Shown here one piece after another: positions 12,901-26,500 of a DNA stretch of 64,000 nt; the first letter of the stretch is position 1; every line of letters begins with the position of its first letter. The position numbers were made by a program, and so were the translations under genes. The notes beneath the pieces are model-generated. The model ran no database searches. It was not told the origin of the DNA and worked only from the letters and a program-made list of their open reading frames with translations. Location: the NCBI RefSeq assembly GCF_022045235.1, contig NW_027266308.1, positions 52,762,001-52,826,000 on the forward strand. Reading direction: 5' to 3'. Source of the DNA: Haliotis cracherodii. Lineage: Eukaryota.

Positions 12901-15900
12901 CAAAACGGCGGAACCTGTGCCACCAGCAGCTTCTTCGTAGGCTCATACTTCTGTCAGTGCGTATTGGGATTCACTGGAAGTAACTGTGAAACAAGTAAGT
13001 ATAAGACTTCGAAAGTTTATATCTAGCAAACTATTTTGCAACAATGCATACAGTATGCGTTTTGGGCAGCTTTTCTGTCGTGATCACATTTCTATGTATA
13101 CATGTGATAGATTGAAACTATTAAGACTCTCCTTCAGCAATGATACTTGCATATGTTTTATTGTAACATATAGTGCAGGTGATTGTAGCCAGACCATACC
13201 TGTTTAGCACTGTGGCGTATGAAATAGCGTATATATAAGTCTTAGGTCTTAGAGTGCAGCCCAAGAACACAGCTTTCTGGTTCGCCTGAAGGACAGTGAG
13301 TTGTGGTGCATTTTACGAGTATATATGTTTAGTTCACCCGTATCCCCGTTACTGTAAGTAAATCAGAAGCAGTTTGAATCAACTTAATTGAAAACTTGTA
13401 CACAAGAATAACTTATGTTTATTTAACATTTAAGTTTTGTTTCTCAAACTCAAAACAGATATAAATGATTGCAAACCCGACTCATGTTCTGGAGCTGGTA
13501 TATGCATTGACCTGGTAGATGACGTTAAGTGCCAGTGCAACAAGGGACATTCTGGCCAACATTGTGAAAACCGTGAGTTAAGATCTATAATCGCCTGCTA
13601 TATATAGCACGTTTACATTGTTTGGTTAATGCTGAAAAAAACCCTTTACATTCTGTTCTACATGTTCCTATCCAAGGCACTGCTTGAAAGCCACTTTGAT
13701 ATCATCTGTCAGTGTGTTTAGGATTTGCAACCCATCTGGTACTGTATCATTTAAAGAAAAAAGAAGCCACTGAGGAAAGAAATATCTGCCAAAAGCAGAG
13801 TCGATTGTACGATTCCGACTATAGAATGAACATGTGCTTAGGAATCACCATCAAAAGGTGATGATACCAGGGATGGTATCAAAGCATTATTTACAATTAT
13901 TTACCACTTTCTGTCAATGTGGATACGAGAGCTATTGTTTACTGTGTAATCATATTTCCCCAGCTGACCCGCTTTGCTCCAGTCATGTGTGCGTCAACCA
14001 GGGAGTATGCGTGGTGGAACAGAGTAAAGCCGTGTGCAGATGTCCACTGGGGTATGGTGACCCTCTCTGCCAAACAGGTGATACCATTGCACAACATATA
14101 AAACCATTAAAGAAACATACTTTATTAATGCGACAAAACCCTATCCATATTCATGAGCATGTGTTCATGAATCACTTTGCTTGTCGAGGCGACTCACGGG
14201 ATCGATTGGTCAGGCTCGGTGATGTAAAACACTTGATTGTCTGGTCCAGACTCGATCATTTACAGACCGCCGTCATACAGCTGAAATATTGTGCCGCGTT
14301 AAACAACAAACAGACAATGTCTTTGTACCTTTTTAGATTTTCTTACCCTTCGTGTAACCAGGACTGTTAATGATTAGTTTCCTTCGGCCTAATGGTGCAA
14401 GTTTGTTTGCATAATCATTTTTTTTAAATCGAAATTTCTCGTTATTTCAAATATTTTTCTCCAAATTTCGAGGTATTTTTTCGTTAGTTCGTTTATTTTC
14501 TCGTTTTTTTCTATTATATCTTTTTAAATATCAAGTTATTTCACGATCACTTATTTCCCACTTATATCAAATTTATGTTAATAACTCGAAATTTCCTTTT
14601 TCTCGTTACTTCTTCGATTATTATATAACTTCGATTATCTTTTCGTAAGTTTAATTATTTTCTCGTAATTTCAAGTCATTTTAAAAATTCAACATGTCCA
14701 TTTTTAATGCAAACTTGAGGTAGATAATACTCGAAATTACGAGAATATAATCAAAGATGCGAAGAAAAAACTCGAAATTTCAAGAAAATAATTGAAATAA
14801 CGATTAAAAACGTCGAAATTTCTTTTTTTAATGAAAACTTGAAATAACGAGAGAAAAAATCGAAATAATGATCATAACTGTAAGAAGTAACGAGAAGAAA
14901 CTCGTACGTCAATTGAATAAACAAATAATTACAATAACGAGAAATTTCCATCAAATCAAATCATGCTACCAAAGAAACAAAACAAGTGCCAGATAAATAC
15001 AAATAATATGCGAAGCAATTTCTTTGAAACTATTTTAGTTGAACACCAATATGTCATCCCGAAAGCTGCAAAATTATAAAATGTTTATTATGCGTCTTGA
15101 AATTGGTTGAGGGTACATCTTTGGATGATCATATGTAGTAAAGTTATTTTTACTGACGAACGTGTGAATGTTATGTATATGGTTATTGTTACAGATGAGA
15201 AATCAACTGGCGGAACACCAATAAATAAAGACAATGGACATAAAGAAGTGAGATAACATACACTCGTATATTGATAACACTGTTGTGACTGTAAAATAGT
15301 GAGTGGGCCGCTTTTAACAGTATTCCAGTTATATCACGGCGTGTCAGCTTAATGTTGGAGGTAAGCCCCAAGTGATGCAGGTTTTACCACTTTAGTAAAC
15401 CCACGATCACGGGTATGGTGCTGATAAACCTAGAAACATAATCGGGGCGAATCGGGATTCGAAACCACAATCATAGGTTTCTGGTGTGCCCAAGGGACGC
15501 AACTCACAGCGAATAGCATCCCCGTGGACGACTTGGCCAGCCGTGACCCCTCCCCCCCCCCCCCCCCCTCCAATTTTTTTATTTGTGAACACAACTTCTT
15601 CACATGTTGAATTAGGTAACTGTTGTACATTACAACATACTTTAATTATTCCAGCTGCGTTATGTACACTGTATAATGATGCCAAACCAATGCTTCTTGA
15701 AACACAAAGTTTGGAATGTAGGAGATCAATACAATTGATGTTTTTTTATTAAAAGAAGTTCGTTATAACCGACCTTCCTTAATAGACGCCTTCGATATAT
15801 AGGATTTGTGTGTACATTTATACTAAGGTGTATGTTGACATCAGTGTACATTGTCAATATCTTTGTCTTGAATCACTGACGTTTGTAACATGTTTCAGTC

Positions 15901-18900
15901 ACCCTTTATAACTCCAACCCTGGTGAATGGCGGGGGTATCCAGTGTACGGTCGGTGTACCATGTCGTGTTCCACTCTTCATTCGTCAACCTCCCTCGGGG
16001 TGTGTAGCACACATACATAATAATTAATCAATCAACACGCTTGATACCTGAAATGTCTGTTCATACATAATGTTATATGTTATATACTAGTAACATCAAA
16101 CATCGGTGCCCCTTTTGAAATGCTAAATGTCTATTTGCCTAGTTATTTGGAGACTTTTCTTCATTAAACGACATACACTCTTCAAAAAAAGAAACGCACG
16201 GGTATATTTTTTGAAAATGTATTTACCTCATCAAGCCGATATATTTAATCTAATATCATAGATGCAAATATGAAGTTTTGGAGCTCGATAGTCACATGTT
16301 GTCGTTGTACAAAGGCACAGAAAAATGATCATTGTCATGTCACATAAGGCCACAAGGTTGCGCTGAACTCAGTATTTGGTGTGACCGCCCCGGGCAGCAA
16401 TCACGGCTTTGCATCTCCTCGGCACTGACTGGATAAGTGTACGAATTCTATCCTGCCGAATTCTGAGCCATTCTGCTTGTAACGCGTTGGCCAGTTGTGG
16501 GAGTATCTGAGATGTGTTCTGACGTTGACGTACACGTCGATCGAGTTCATCACAGAGGTGTTCGATTGGGTTGAGATCTGGAGATCTCGACGGCCGGGGC
16601 AAGAGTTGATGTTGGCACGAGCCGTGTTGTAACAGCTCCCTCTGGCGGAAAATGATTGGAAGGCGGTGAAGCTGAAGAATTTGATTCATGTAGCGATTTG
16701 CTGTCAAATTTTCCTACACCACAACCAAGTCAGATCTCGTGATGTAGGATATGGCCCCGCTACCGCCACCGAAATTGTCGTACACAATGTGGGGCTAAAC
16801 GCTCATTTGGACGACGATTAACACCCTCTCTGCATCTTGCCGGTGAAGAAGAAATCGTTATTCATCGCTAAACCACACTCGTCAATTCCAAGGCTGTAAG
16901 GTATGGCACCAACGCAAGCGTCGTGTCGATGGATCTGTTGCAAAACAGGGACGATAGCTGGTCTTCTGGGTCGGATTCCAACCTCGCGAAGATGGTTCCT
17001 AACAGTCTGGTCCGATAAGCAGGGATGCGTCCTGCGGTCTCCGTAGCTGTGGCATTGCCTATGACGTAGGTGGAACAATCTAATGTAGCGATCCCTCGCA
17101 GGGGTTGTAACTCTTAGTCAGCCGCTTCTCGGACGATCTGCAGTGAAATTGAACTGTGTGTATCGGTCCCAAAGGCGGCAAATGGTGCTGTGGTGGACGT
17201 TGAAGCAGCGTGCAACAGAAGACTGCGACTACCCTCCTATTGATATGTCCTTTGGCGATGTTCCGATCGGCATCGCTGAGTCTCGGCATTTTCGAACTTG
17301 AAAACGTTGACAATTGAATGACAACTTATTGGCTTATGCTTGCCTTTTTATAGCCACTACCACGAGTAAGGAATGCCATAACTTTCATGTGCATTTTGCT
17401 TTACTGTGTTCCTCCATGAAATTGTGAACAAATGTGAAAACAATGCCGTTTAAGACATTGCAAATCGACAATGGCTGCGTTTTGACGCACCGTTTGTCGA
17501 ACATCAGGCCACCAACATTTTCCAATAACATATATCCAATTCATTCATTCGGATTTTTTGTGTCAGGTTCAATGAACCACATTCTACCTGTGCGATTCTT
17601 TTTTTGAAGAGTGTATGTGATATATGAATAACACTGGAATAACGTCAGTAGGGTGGTTGATTTGGATTTAAACACGTCTCAGATAAATATTTTGTGGATG
17701 GAGGTTCTAAAGTGACGTATGCCAATCGAAATCCACGAGCAGGGATATGTTTCTGACAGACCAAGAATCACAATCCCGACGATTCTGAGATTCGAACCGA
17801 CGTCGATCTTTACGCATCTAAGGGATGCAGAGTTATATAGGATGCCTTAGATCGCTTGGCTATCCGCGCCACCCGCAAAAGGAAGGCATTAAACTGTAAT
17901 GATGTCAATGTATCTAGCAATGACATGACATTGTTCCCTGTTTGTCATCTGTGAATGTATTATGCCTATGGTTTTCAGAACCATTCCACCAGTTACCCTC
18001 GGTCCGACATCACCGGGATTAACCTCCAGTGTGGACACTCCAACACCTGACAAAAGCACAGGGCTGCAAAAGACGCTTACATCTAATTTGACGGTGACAC
18101 CAACTAACCCCGGAGAACTAAGCATATGCGTCGATGCCGGGACTGGGTAAAGGACTAAACTTGATAAGTGATATGAATTGGGGTTTAGCGTCGAGTCCAA
18201 GATTATTCCACATATATAGCGTGCGTGCGTGCATGCGTGTGTGACATATACTAGTCCGGACTAATGCTGATTTTATAGTGCTAGCCCACTGAGATACCAT
18301 GCCGAGGTTTAACATGAATACCAAACTCAGACACAGTATACTGACTCCGAGCCGATCAGTCCCTGTTTTAGCCCTTATATTTCCTGTCCAAGGCAAGGTA
18401 ACAACAAGTACCATCTTCATACGTCTTTTGGCATGACACGGCCTGGGATCGTACCTCGGACCTTCCATTCTCCGGCCGGACGCTCTACCACCACTGAGGC
18501 AGTCTTAAAAAGCTTATATTCATTTGATGTGTGTAAACGAATGTTGTCAATCTGCCTCCGAACTTCCTCACGTCGTGATTTCAACTGTGTAACATTAAAA
18601 GTTTATACAAGTTTAATAGATCAGTATTACCTTGATAGATAGTCCATCTTTACTAACGGTAACATATATTTAAACTTCAGTGTGAATGCTGACAGAATCT
18701 GTTACTTGATACACACCAAGCCACCAGGACCAGGTACTGTAATATACAATGCATATTGTTATAGTAATTATAAAATAACGCTCTTAACGTATTAATGTTA
18801 AAATGAACGTTTTATTTTCCGTGCATTACTTTTCGAAATAAAAGCCTCCCCATATGTTTCTTTCATAGCACAATCAAAACAGCCGGCACTCGTAAGTATA

Positions 18901-20487
18901 AAGTGTATGAATGAAATGTTCGAAGTCCATATTTTGATTTCAGTACATGGAAATTTAACTTGCATATATAATATCAAATCTCTATTAATGATAAAAATCA
19001 TAATATAATCGTATATTTCTTATCATTGATTAAACATGTTCCAAATCATAAAAGGATGCCTCTCGAGAAAGGATTGGCCTTTATAATTTGTTGAGAATAC
19101 TTCATCCAAATGATTTTATTAGATGGAAAGAAAGCTCGTGCCATTTGCCCGTAGAATATGTCAGTTCTGCTACAATAGTGTTGATAGGATGAAGCAAAAA
19201 AGCTCAAACGATTGTTTAAAAAAAATTATGTTTATTTCAGACAGGACTACACTACACGAGTAGCGTATAAAGGAAATGGCAAACACATGATTTACTTAAT
19301 GAGGAGGATACCATTATTCGAGCATGAGATCAATATGTCAGCACAGACACCTTTTTATATATACAGACTGCTGCATTTTTGGAGCCTTCACTACCAGATG
19401 GCAGCATTGTCAACTGTTACGTCGACAAGCCATGCCACGCCATCTTCCACTCTAAAGATCATCCTTCTGGAAATTGGTGAGACTGTCATATTTTGCGTTA
19501 TATCAAGACATCTTTCAAACTTGTGATTTTTTTCTGATACTGATCGTCATGAATCTCCACTCATAATTGAGGTTTTCGGACAGAGTACAGTGTAGTTCAC
19601 TGTACGTATTAGGCCTTATGCTTATCGTAAGAGACCTAAAATGGATCGGGCAGTTATGATAGCTGGGATATTTTGCTCATGCTGTAAAAAACTGACCTGC
19701 ACCCCTTTGTTTGCTGGCCACCGTGATACACCTGGAATATTGCTGTCTGCGTCGGGATTCAAGATAAACTTCAACATATCCGATTTCTATTCCAATGATA
19801 AAAAGAAAATGCGTTGGTATCTAGTTTTACATGTTAAAAAGTATTATTATATATATCAGTACCAGAAGTTGCTAAGCTGTCTCTTCTTGGTGATATTCTG
19901 ATAAGCATACTTATCCAAGCGGAATCTTTAATTGTATAAACTCCGGACTTGATACTTAAACTAATTCTTTTCCTCAGCTTTCTAACATCTGGTAGCACAT
20001 CAGCAATGCCATTCCCTGTTAATTCTAAGGATGGAGAGTGTCAAACAGATGTTTTATTCAGCCCGCCACCAGGGGGAGATAGTCACGTGTGTCTCCAAGT
20101 CAGGTAGGACAATTGTTTATACAGTGACAGTGCAGTGTAAGGGCATTGACATCAAATGAAAAAACAATCAGCGTTTTAACCTTAAATCCGAAAAATATAT
20201 AAAATAAAGAATATTTAACGAGGATTACATTGAAAACACTTTATGTTTATAATCTGAATATCACATAATAGGTCTAATTGCACCAAAAGCGAACTGTGAA
20301 AAATAGCCGACGCTCGCACACTCTGTCGTGGATGCTTTCGATATTAATTTCAAATATTTGATTACAGCTATCAGGGCGAGAAACGATGTTACAAAGTGAA
20401 CGTCATAACAACAGGTATGGCATTTTAAGGATTCTTTTCTTTTCATATTGATCGAGTGACCATAGCAGTTTCCATATTAATATCATA

Positions 20488-20549
<62 letters not shown>

Positions 20550-23500
20550 ATAATAATAATAATAATAATAATAGGGACAAACTCCAATATGTAGAGGGCG
20601 TCATGGAAAATGATAAATACAATTTTGCCCTTTTTGATAAATCCAATGAAATCATTTCCATCATTGAATTTTCTGTCCCCTTGGACACTAATGTGATTGT
20701 CAAGATTGAGGAAAAACATGGCAAATATGCGGAACTCGCTTTTGAAATGTCACGCTCCTAGTTCCAAGTTGTCCGACTCCCCATTGTTCTCGGTGCCTTA
20801 GGTTTTGGTACCTCCCAATCTGTTGACTGACATTGGGAGAGTACCCGGGTTTGTTTCCATGAAAGTTCTGGGTGGGTTTGACTAGGCAGTGCTTCCTGGG
20901 AGATGTCTCATTCGCTGTCTGGGCTGCGTGTAGAGGGGGCAAGGGCCCTGAGCTGAAGATGAGCCTAACCAGCCTGACTGCCAGGATCACCCAAACCCTC
21001 TTTGCTGCATTTTTTATTTTAATCTGTAAATAATAATAATAATAATAATGAGCATTCTTATCATGTTCTTAGTTCCACGCAACAATTCATGCCCAAAGCG
21101 CTGACAATACTCATTGAACAGTAGAGTTAAAAGACCGAATTGTCAAACAAAAATGTTTGAAGTCTTGACTTGAAACTATCAAGTGATAAGGAGGCTGTTT
21201 CAAGGGCAATTGGGACAGCTTTCCGTTTCTGTGTAGCGGTCACTTAAAAATACGGGCAGAAAGGGTTTAAGTTTCCATGCATGTTCCTGGATTGATGGTT
21301 CACATGTTAATTATCCTTGAAATCATATGATATTATAGAACATCAAGGAAAATACAAACAGTCTTCATGACAATGATTGAATATACGTAAATTGTACTCG
21401 CTCGTTGGAAATTGTTCCTGAGGCAGAAATATTTACAGACCTGTGCGACCCCAACCCTTGTAACAACGGAGGTGGTTGTGCAAATCACCCACAGCAGTCT
21501 CCCGGCTACCAGTGCGTGTGTACAGAAGATTTCACAGGAGATACATGTCAACAAAGTAAGTCACATAACAGATGTTTCATTATTTTAAAACTTCCTGTAG
21601 TACTCATGAAACCTAAAAAATATTATTGATCAACATAGATTTTTGTTGCTGTACCATTAATTGAGGGGGTAGATTAACGGGTACTATAATCCACATAGCA
21701 AAGTAGGATATAGATACCGCATGTGTTTTAATCACTGATTGTATCACCCACAGCTAACCCATGCCTCCCAAACTCATGCCAAAATGGTGGCGATTGCGTT
21801 AGTCAAGTGACGTCCTATCAATGTCTTTGTCCGGTAGGCTACATAGGACACGACTGTGAAACAGGTAAGACCAAACAAAACAAATAATAATAGCATTTGG
21901 CAAATTGAAATAGTTTTGATCAAAGAGCATAATTGAGAACGTATACGTAAATATTATATTATTTATGCTGTCTTTGTTTGGTTTTGTTTTCAGCTCTTTC
22001 TCACACCTCAGAAGTAAGTATATTATCAAAACAAAGTTCATATTATCATATTAAATATTGTCATATGTGCCCTATACACTGCAATCCATGCGGAAATGAA
22101 TGTACTAACAATGACTATGCTAAACACACACACACACAAATACAGAATTTAAAAAAAATGTGAACAATGACAGGAACTGGAAGGAGATAAATTGTTTGAT
22201 AGGCATAACTTAGAAGTTGACGGATCCTTATACCGTTGTCAAGCAAGACCATGATAATGTCTCGCTTCACAACGGTATTAGGATCTATACGGAAACGTTG
22301 CCTTTACAGTATAAAAGAAGGTGTTATTCATAAATCGTGCCTACTTTGGCAAGAGATACTATGAAGTGTGAAACCTAACCTTCATTGCCATTCTTTTTCT
22401 AGGTGTGTCCACATGCTTTTAACAATTGTGGTTACATTATAAAAATATTATACATTTTAACTTTTTATGAATGATGTATGATATGATGACGAGGTTCCAA
22501 GTGTTCATAATTGTCTCGCTACAGGCCCAGGTGTCAGAACCAACATTACACAATGGTGCTACAATACAGTGTCAAGTGGGAGAAACATGTTCCATCCCGG
22601 TATTTACCAGGGGCCCAGGGTAGGAACAAGTCTTCAACTTCAATGTACATATGTGATGTAGAGTGTGTAATGTGTGGACTAAAGCGATCGCTGGTCACGC
22701 TGAAGACCCTGGTTCTATTCGGGGCGGCCGGGTAGCTTAGTGGTTAAAGCGTTCGATGGTCACGCTGAAGACCCGGGTACGTTTCCCGACATGGGAACAA
22801 TGTGTCGAGCCTGGTGTCCCCCGCCGTGATATTGCTGGAATATTGCTAAAAGCGGCGTAAAACCACACTCACTCACTCGGATTCTGTTCCAATTATTCGT
22901 GTTTTATGCCCTCCGCAGTGATGATTTGCCCTTCTCTTTCACTCTTCTACTGCAAACAAATGCAAATATATGAAATTGTAAATGTGTTTGTCACATTATC
23001 ATTGTGTAACGTTTGATTTCATAAACACGAGTCGATTTGAAACAATTATTATTCTTTCATAGTGCTCATGAAACGTTGACTCCTGGTCCCACGAGCAATG
23101 GCTTACATGTGAGCATAACACAACCTGTAGCCAGCACGACAGCGCCCGACCTAAACCAAGGCAGTGTTCAGGCAACACCTTCAGCGACCGGTAACGAAAA
23201 GGTCTGCATCCAGACAACGTCAGGACAGCCACACAGGTAGCACGCCATGTAATTGTATGTAACTGAGATGTGTTGGGAGGGGGAATTAATCGGGTGCCTA
23301 TTTCTGGTCTTTGTCTCGACGTGTGTAATTAGTGTCTTATGTTAAACTGAGGCATAGTTTCTGTGTAATTAATGCAATCATTAATTGTTAAACTGCTTGG
23401 TTATCATAAAACAATTGAGTTAGCAGGCATAAAAAGTGGAATTGACGACCAGAGTGAACTTGCTAGGAATGCAAATTCGCTCGAGCGTAGTCCCCCTTTG

Positions 23501-26500
23501 CGTTATTAACTCCTTTTTTTACTTATCCTGCATTACTCCTTAATGCATATTACTGCTTGTTCTTGACAGAGAAAAGAGCTGCGTGAAGGTCTTTGCTTGA
23601 AGAAGTTGCTCCAACTAGCTGAGAGGCCAACCCATCACGCCGCTCCCAAGTGACCAACGGAAATGACTTCACGGATCCCCACGTTACGCTTGTCACTTGA
23701 TGATAAACTGATTCAAACCCTCACGTGTTTGCTATTTGAGTTAATGTTTTTTGTCTTTGTGTTGTGCCTACGGTTTGTATTTTGTACATTCTATGTTTGA
23801 TAAACCTGTGCATAACGTTGTTAGACACTTACTGGCGTTTTCTCAAAAGAAAACATAATGCCAGGTGTCTTGTTGTTCCAAGTAGCCATCTTGAATATTT
23901 TACGTGGTCAGCAGTTAATGAACTGGTTTGCGTTCTATATTCTTTTTGCTTGGTACCCCACGATTGGCGTAACCTCGCAAGTATTGTTTGTTTTGTTGTA
24001 TGTTGTCTTACGTTTGTCGAAATATTTGTTTCATAAACCCACACAATGGGATAAACAAATTATAGCATACATAATCGGGCGGTGACGCATTGTGGTTTTA
24101 CACTGCTTCATTGCAGATATCATGTCCTCCTGCTCAAAGTGCCGGCGTAATATGTCGGTGTGGGATCCCCACCCCCTGTGCCTAAATTGTACATCTCAAT
24201 ACCTCTAGGGTCACCGCTTTAAAGACTGTTTACTGCTTTCACCCACAGCCTTCAGTCAGTACCTCCGTGTAGGTAAAATACGCAGAACACAGCAGGCCAG
24301 GCACGATGTCAGACCTCTCCGAAAATTCGCCTACAAGATCGCCCATCTCGGATGACTACCCCCGACCTTAACTACTAGCTTGATGTCCGACCCCACGGTC
24401 GCAGTCTCCACCCAGAGCACTTTGACGACGACAACAACGTCTATCTTTACGGCGGCGGCCACCTTGACGCCCGGCGTGGCGCCCACCTACCAGACAACGC
24501 CTATACTATCCTCCGGACAGACGCTCGATCTCTCACAGGCGCCCCGCCTACGGCACAGACGCCCATGCTAGACGCCTCTCTCCCCCAGTACATTCAGTAC
24601 TTACAGGCCAGACAGCCGTCGATGCCAGCGCCTTTACAGACGTCTCTACAAGCGTTTCCCATAGCGCCTCTGCAGACGCCTCCTTTCACCTGGCGCCTAT
24701 CTACACAGCGCCTATACGGACACCTGCGCCTCTGCCTCCGCCGCGTCGGCCGACCTCACAGACGCCTTCTACTTCTCGTCACTCCACGGACTCGGCTTCC
24801 CCAAGTACGTCTTCACGTCAAAGTGACAGCAGATCTTATCGACAGCGTCATAGATCTAGGAGCCGCTCCCCGGTTCGCACACGTTCCAGTGGCTGTCGAT
24901 CCGACTCCTCGGAGGGCGCCTTCATCCCTTGCTATGACGACACCCCCACGGACAGCGAGTCCCACCTGGGTTTCGACCAAGTCGCAGACTGGCTGGCAGA
25001 CAGATTGGAGGCAATCGCTCCCTCGCCTGGCCTAGAGGTCGATAGCAAGAAGGCCATCCGTAAGACCCCACCTCGATCCCTCCTGACCCACTGATCAGAG
25101 ACATGCCCTCTGCTCTGGATGAGGACTTGAGTAAGCAGTCACCGACTCCGTCCTTTAGGGCCCCACGTTATAGACGAGATGACTTCCCAGTCCACTCTGG
25201 GGGACCCATATCTCACCAATATCATCCGACACGGGTGCAAGCTGACGCTTATAGACGACCCGCCACTCACGTCGTCCCCAATAATGGACACATACCCCCC
25301 TACTCAACAGCAGCTACTGAGCCGGAACATCACGGCGCTGCTAGACACGGAAGCCATAGAGGTTGTACACGCCCCAACCATAACACCGGGCTTCTATTCA
25401 CCTGTCTTCCTGGTCCCCAAGAAGGACTCGGACAAAAAGGGATGATCCACAACCTCGCTGCTTTCAACAAACGCTACCTGGCGCGTCCACCTTATTTCAG
25501 GATGACCATGCTACTGCGATCCCGGATCCAGGCGCAGGAGGTGCTCATCAGCCTGGATATCGAGGACGCCTATCTACATGTCCATATACATCCCGACGAC
25601 ACGAAATTCCTCCGCTTCACCTTCATGGGAGTCCATTATCAATGGGCGGTCCTCCCTTTTCGAATTTTTTTGGCCCCGTGGCTATTCACATAGCCTCGCA
25701 CCTCCATCGCCGGGACATTCAGTTCGAGGCGTACATAGACGACTGCCTAATGAACCATCGGGACACTGTCACTCTACTCCGCCACAAGGACTTCATCCTC
25801 CGGCTCCTACACCAGTTGGGATGGAAGATCAACCTCAGGAAGTCAGAGTTGACACCCTCAACTCGTCTTCAGTTCATCGGGGGCCTCTTCCAGACGGAGC
25901 TCGACCTCATCTCTGTACCCAGAGACTGATAGGAGCGCATGTAGGCGCACCTGACTCCAGTTCTCGACCTGCCACGCACTCTGCGCCGATGGCAAGTCTT
26001 CCTGGGCCGCCTAAACTCAGCACAGGACTTGACCTACAGAGGAAGGATCCAACTGCGCCCAGTTCAGATGTTCATGGCTCCCTACATCAGGCGCCAGGAC
26101 GCCTCAGTATCCATCGTCTTCCCGGATCAACTCAAGCAGCATCTCCGGTGGGGGACGGCGGAATCGAATGTCTTAGGGGGCGTCTCCTTTACAGGGCTTA
26201 CGACCTCTCTGCGCCTATTCGTAGACGCGTCCCTGCAGGGATGGGGCGCACACGTGGAGGGACAGGACGCCTCGGGGCTGTGGTCCGGCGATCAGCGCCT
26301 ATGGCACATAAACAACCTCGAACCGGAGGAGCTTATTTTGGCCATCGCTCACTGGAAGCAGGCCCTCAGACACGCCCGGCTCTCCATCTCGACGAACAAC
26401 ATCACCGGCGTATGGCGCCTTCAGAACCAAGGAACGACTCATTCGACCTCGCTCATTCAACAGACGTTCCGATTGTTTCACCTGGTGGATCCGTCTATGT

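Noticed and set aside
17750-17875. tRNA-like sequence with TTCGAA B-box on the - strand
   Set aside because: No intact cloverleaf; a decayed SINE head. The other tRNA-like hits are also SINE heads with tails and TSDs.
19241-19270. Candidate linker microexon after TTTCAG
   Set aside because: In-frame stop or weak donor; 18869-18891 fits the phase with a consensus donor.
20443-20761. Poly-T/N/V/S ORFs
   Set aside because: Translations of the (TAC)n(TAA)n microsatellite.
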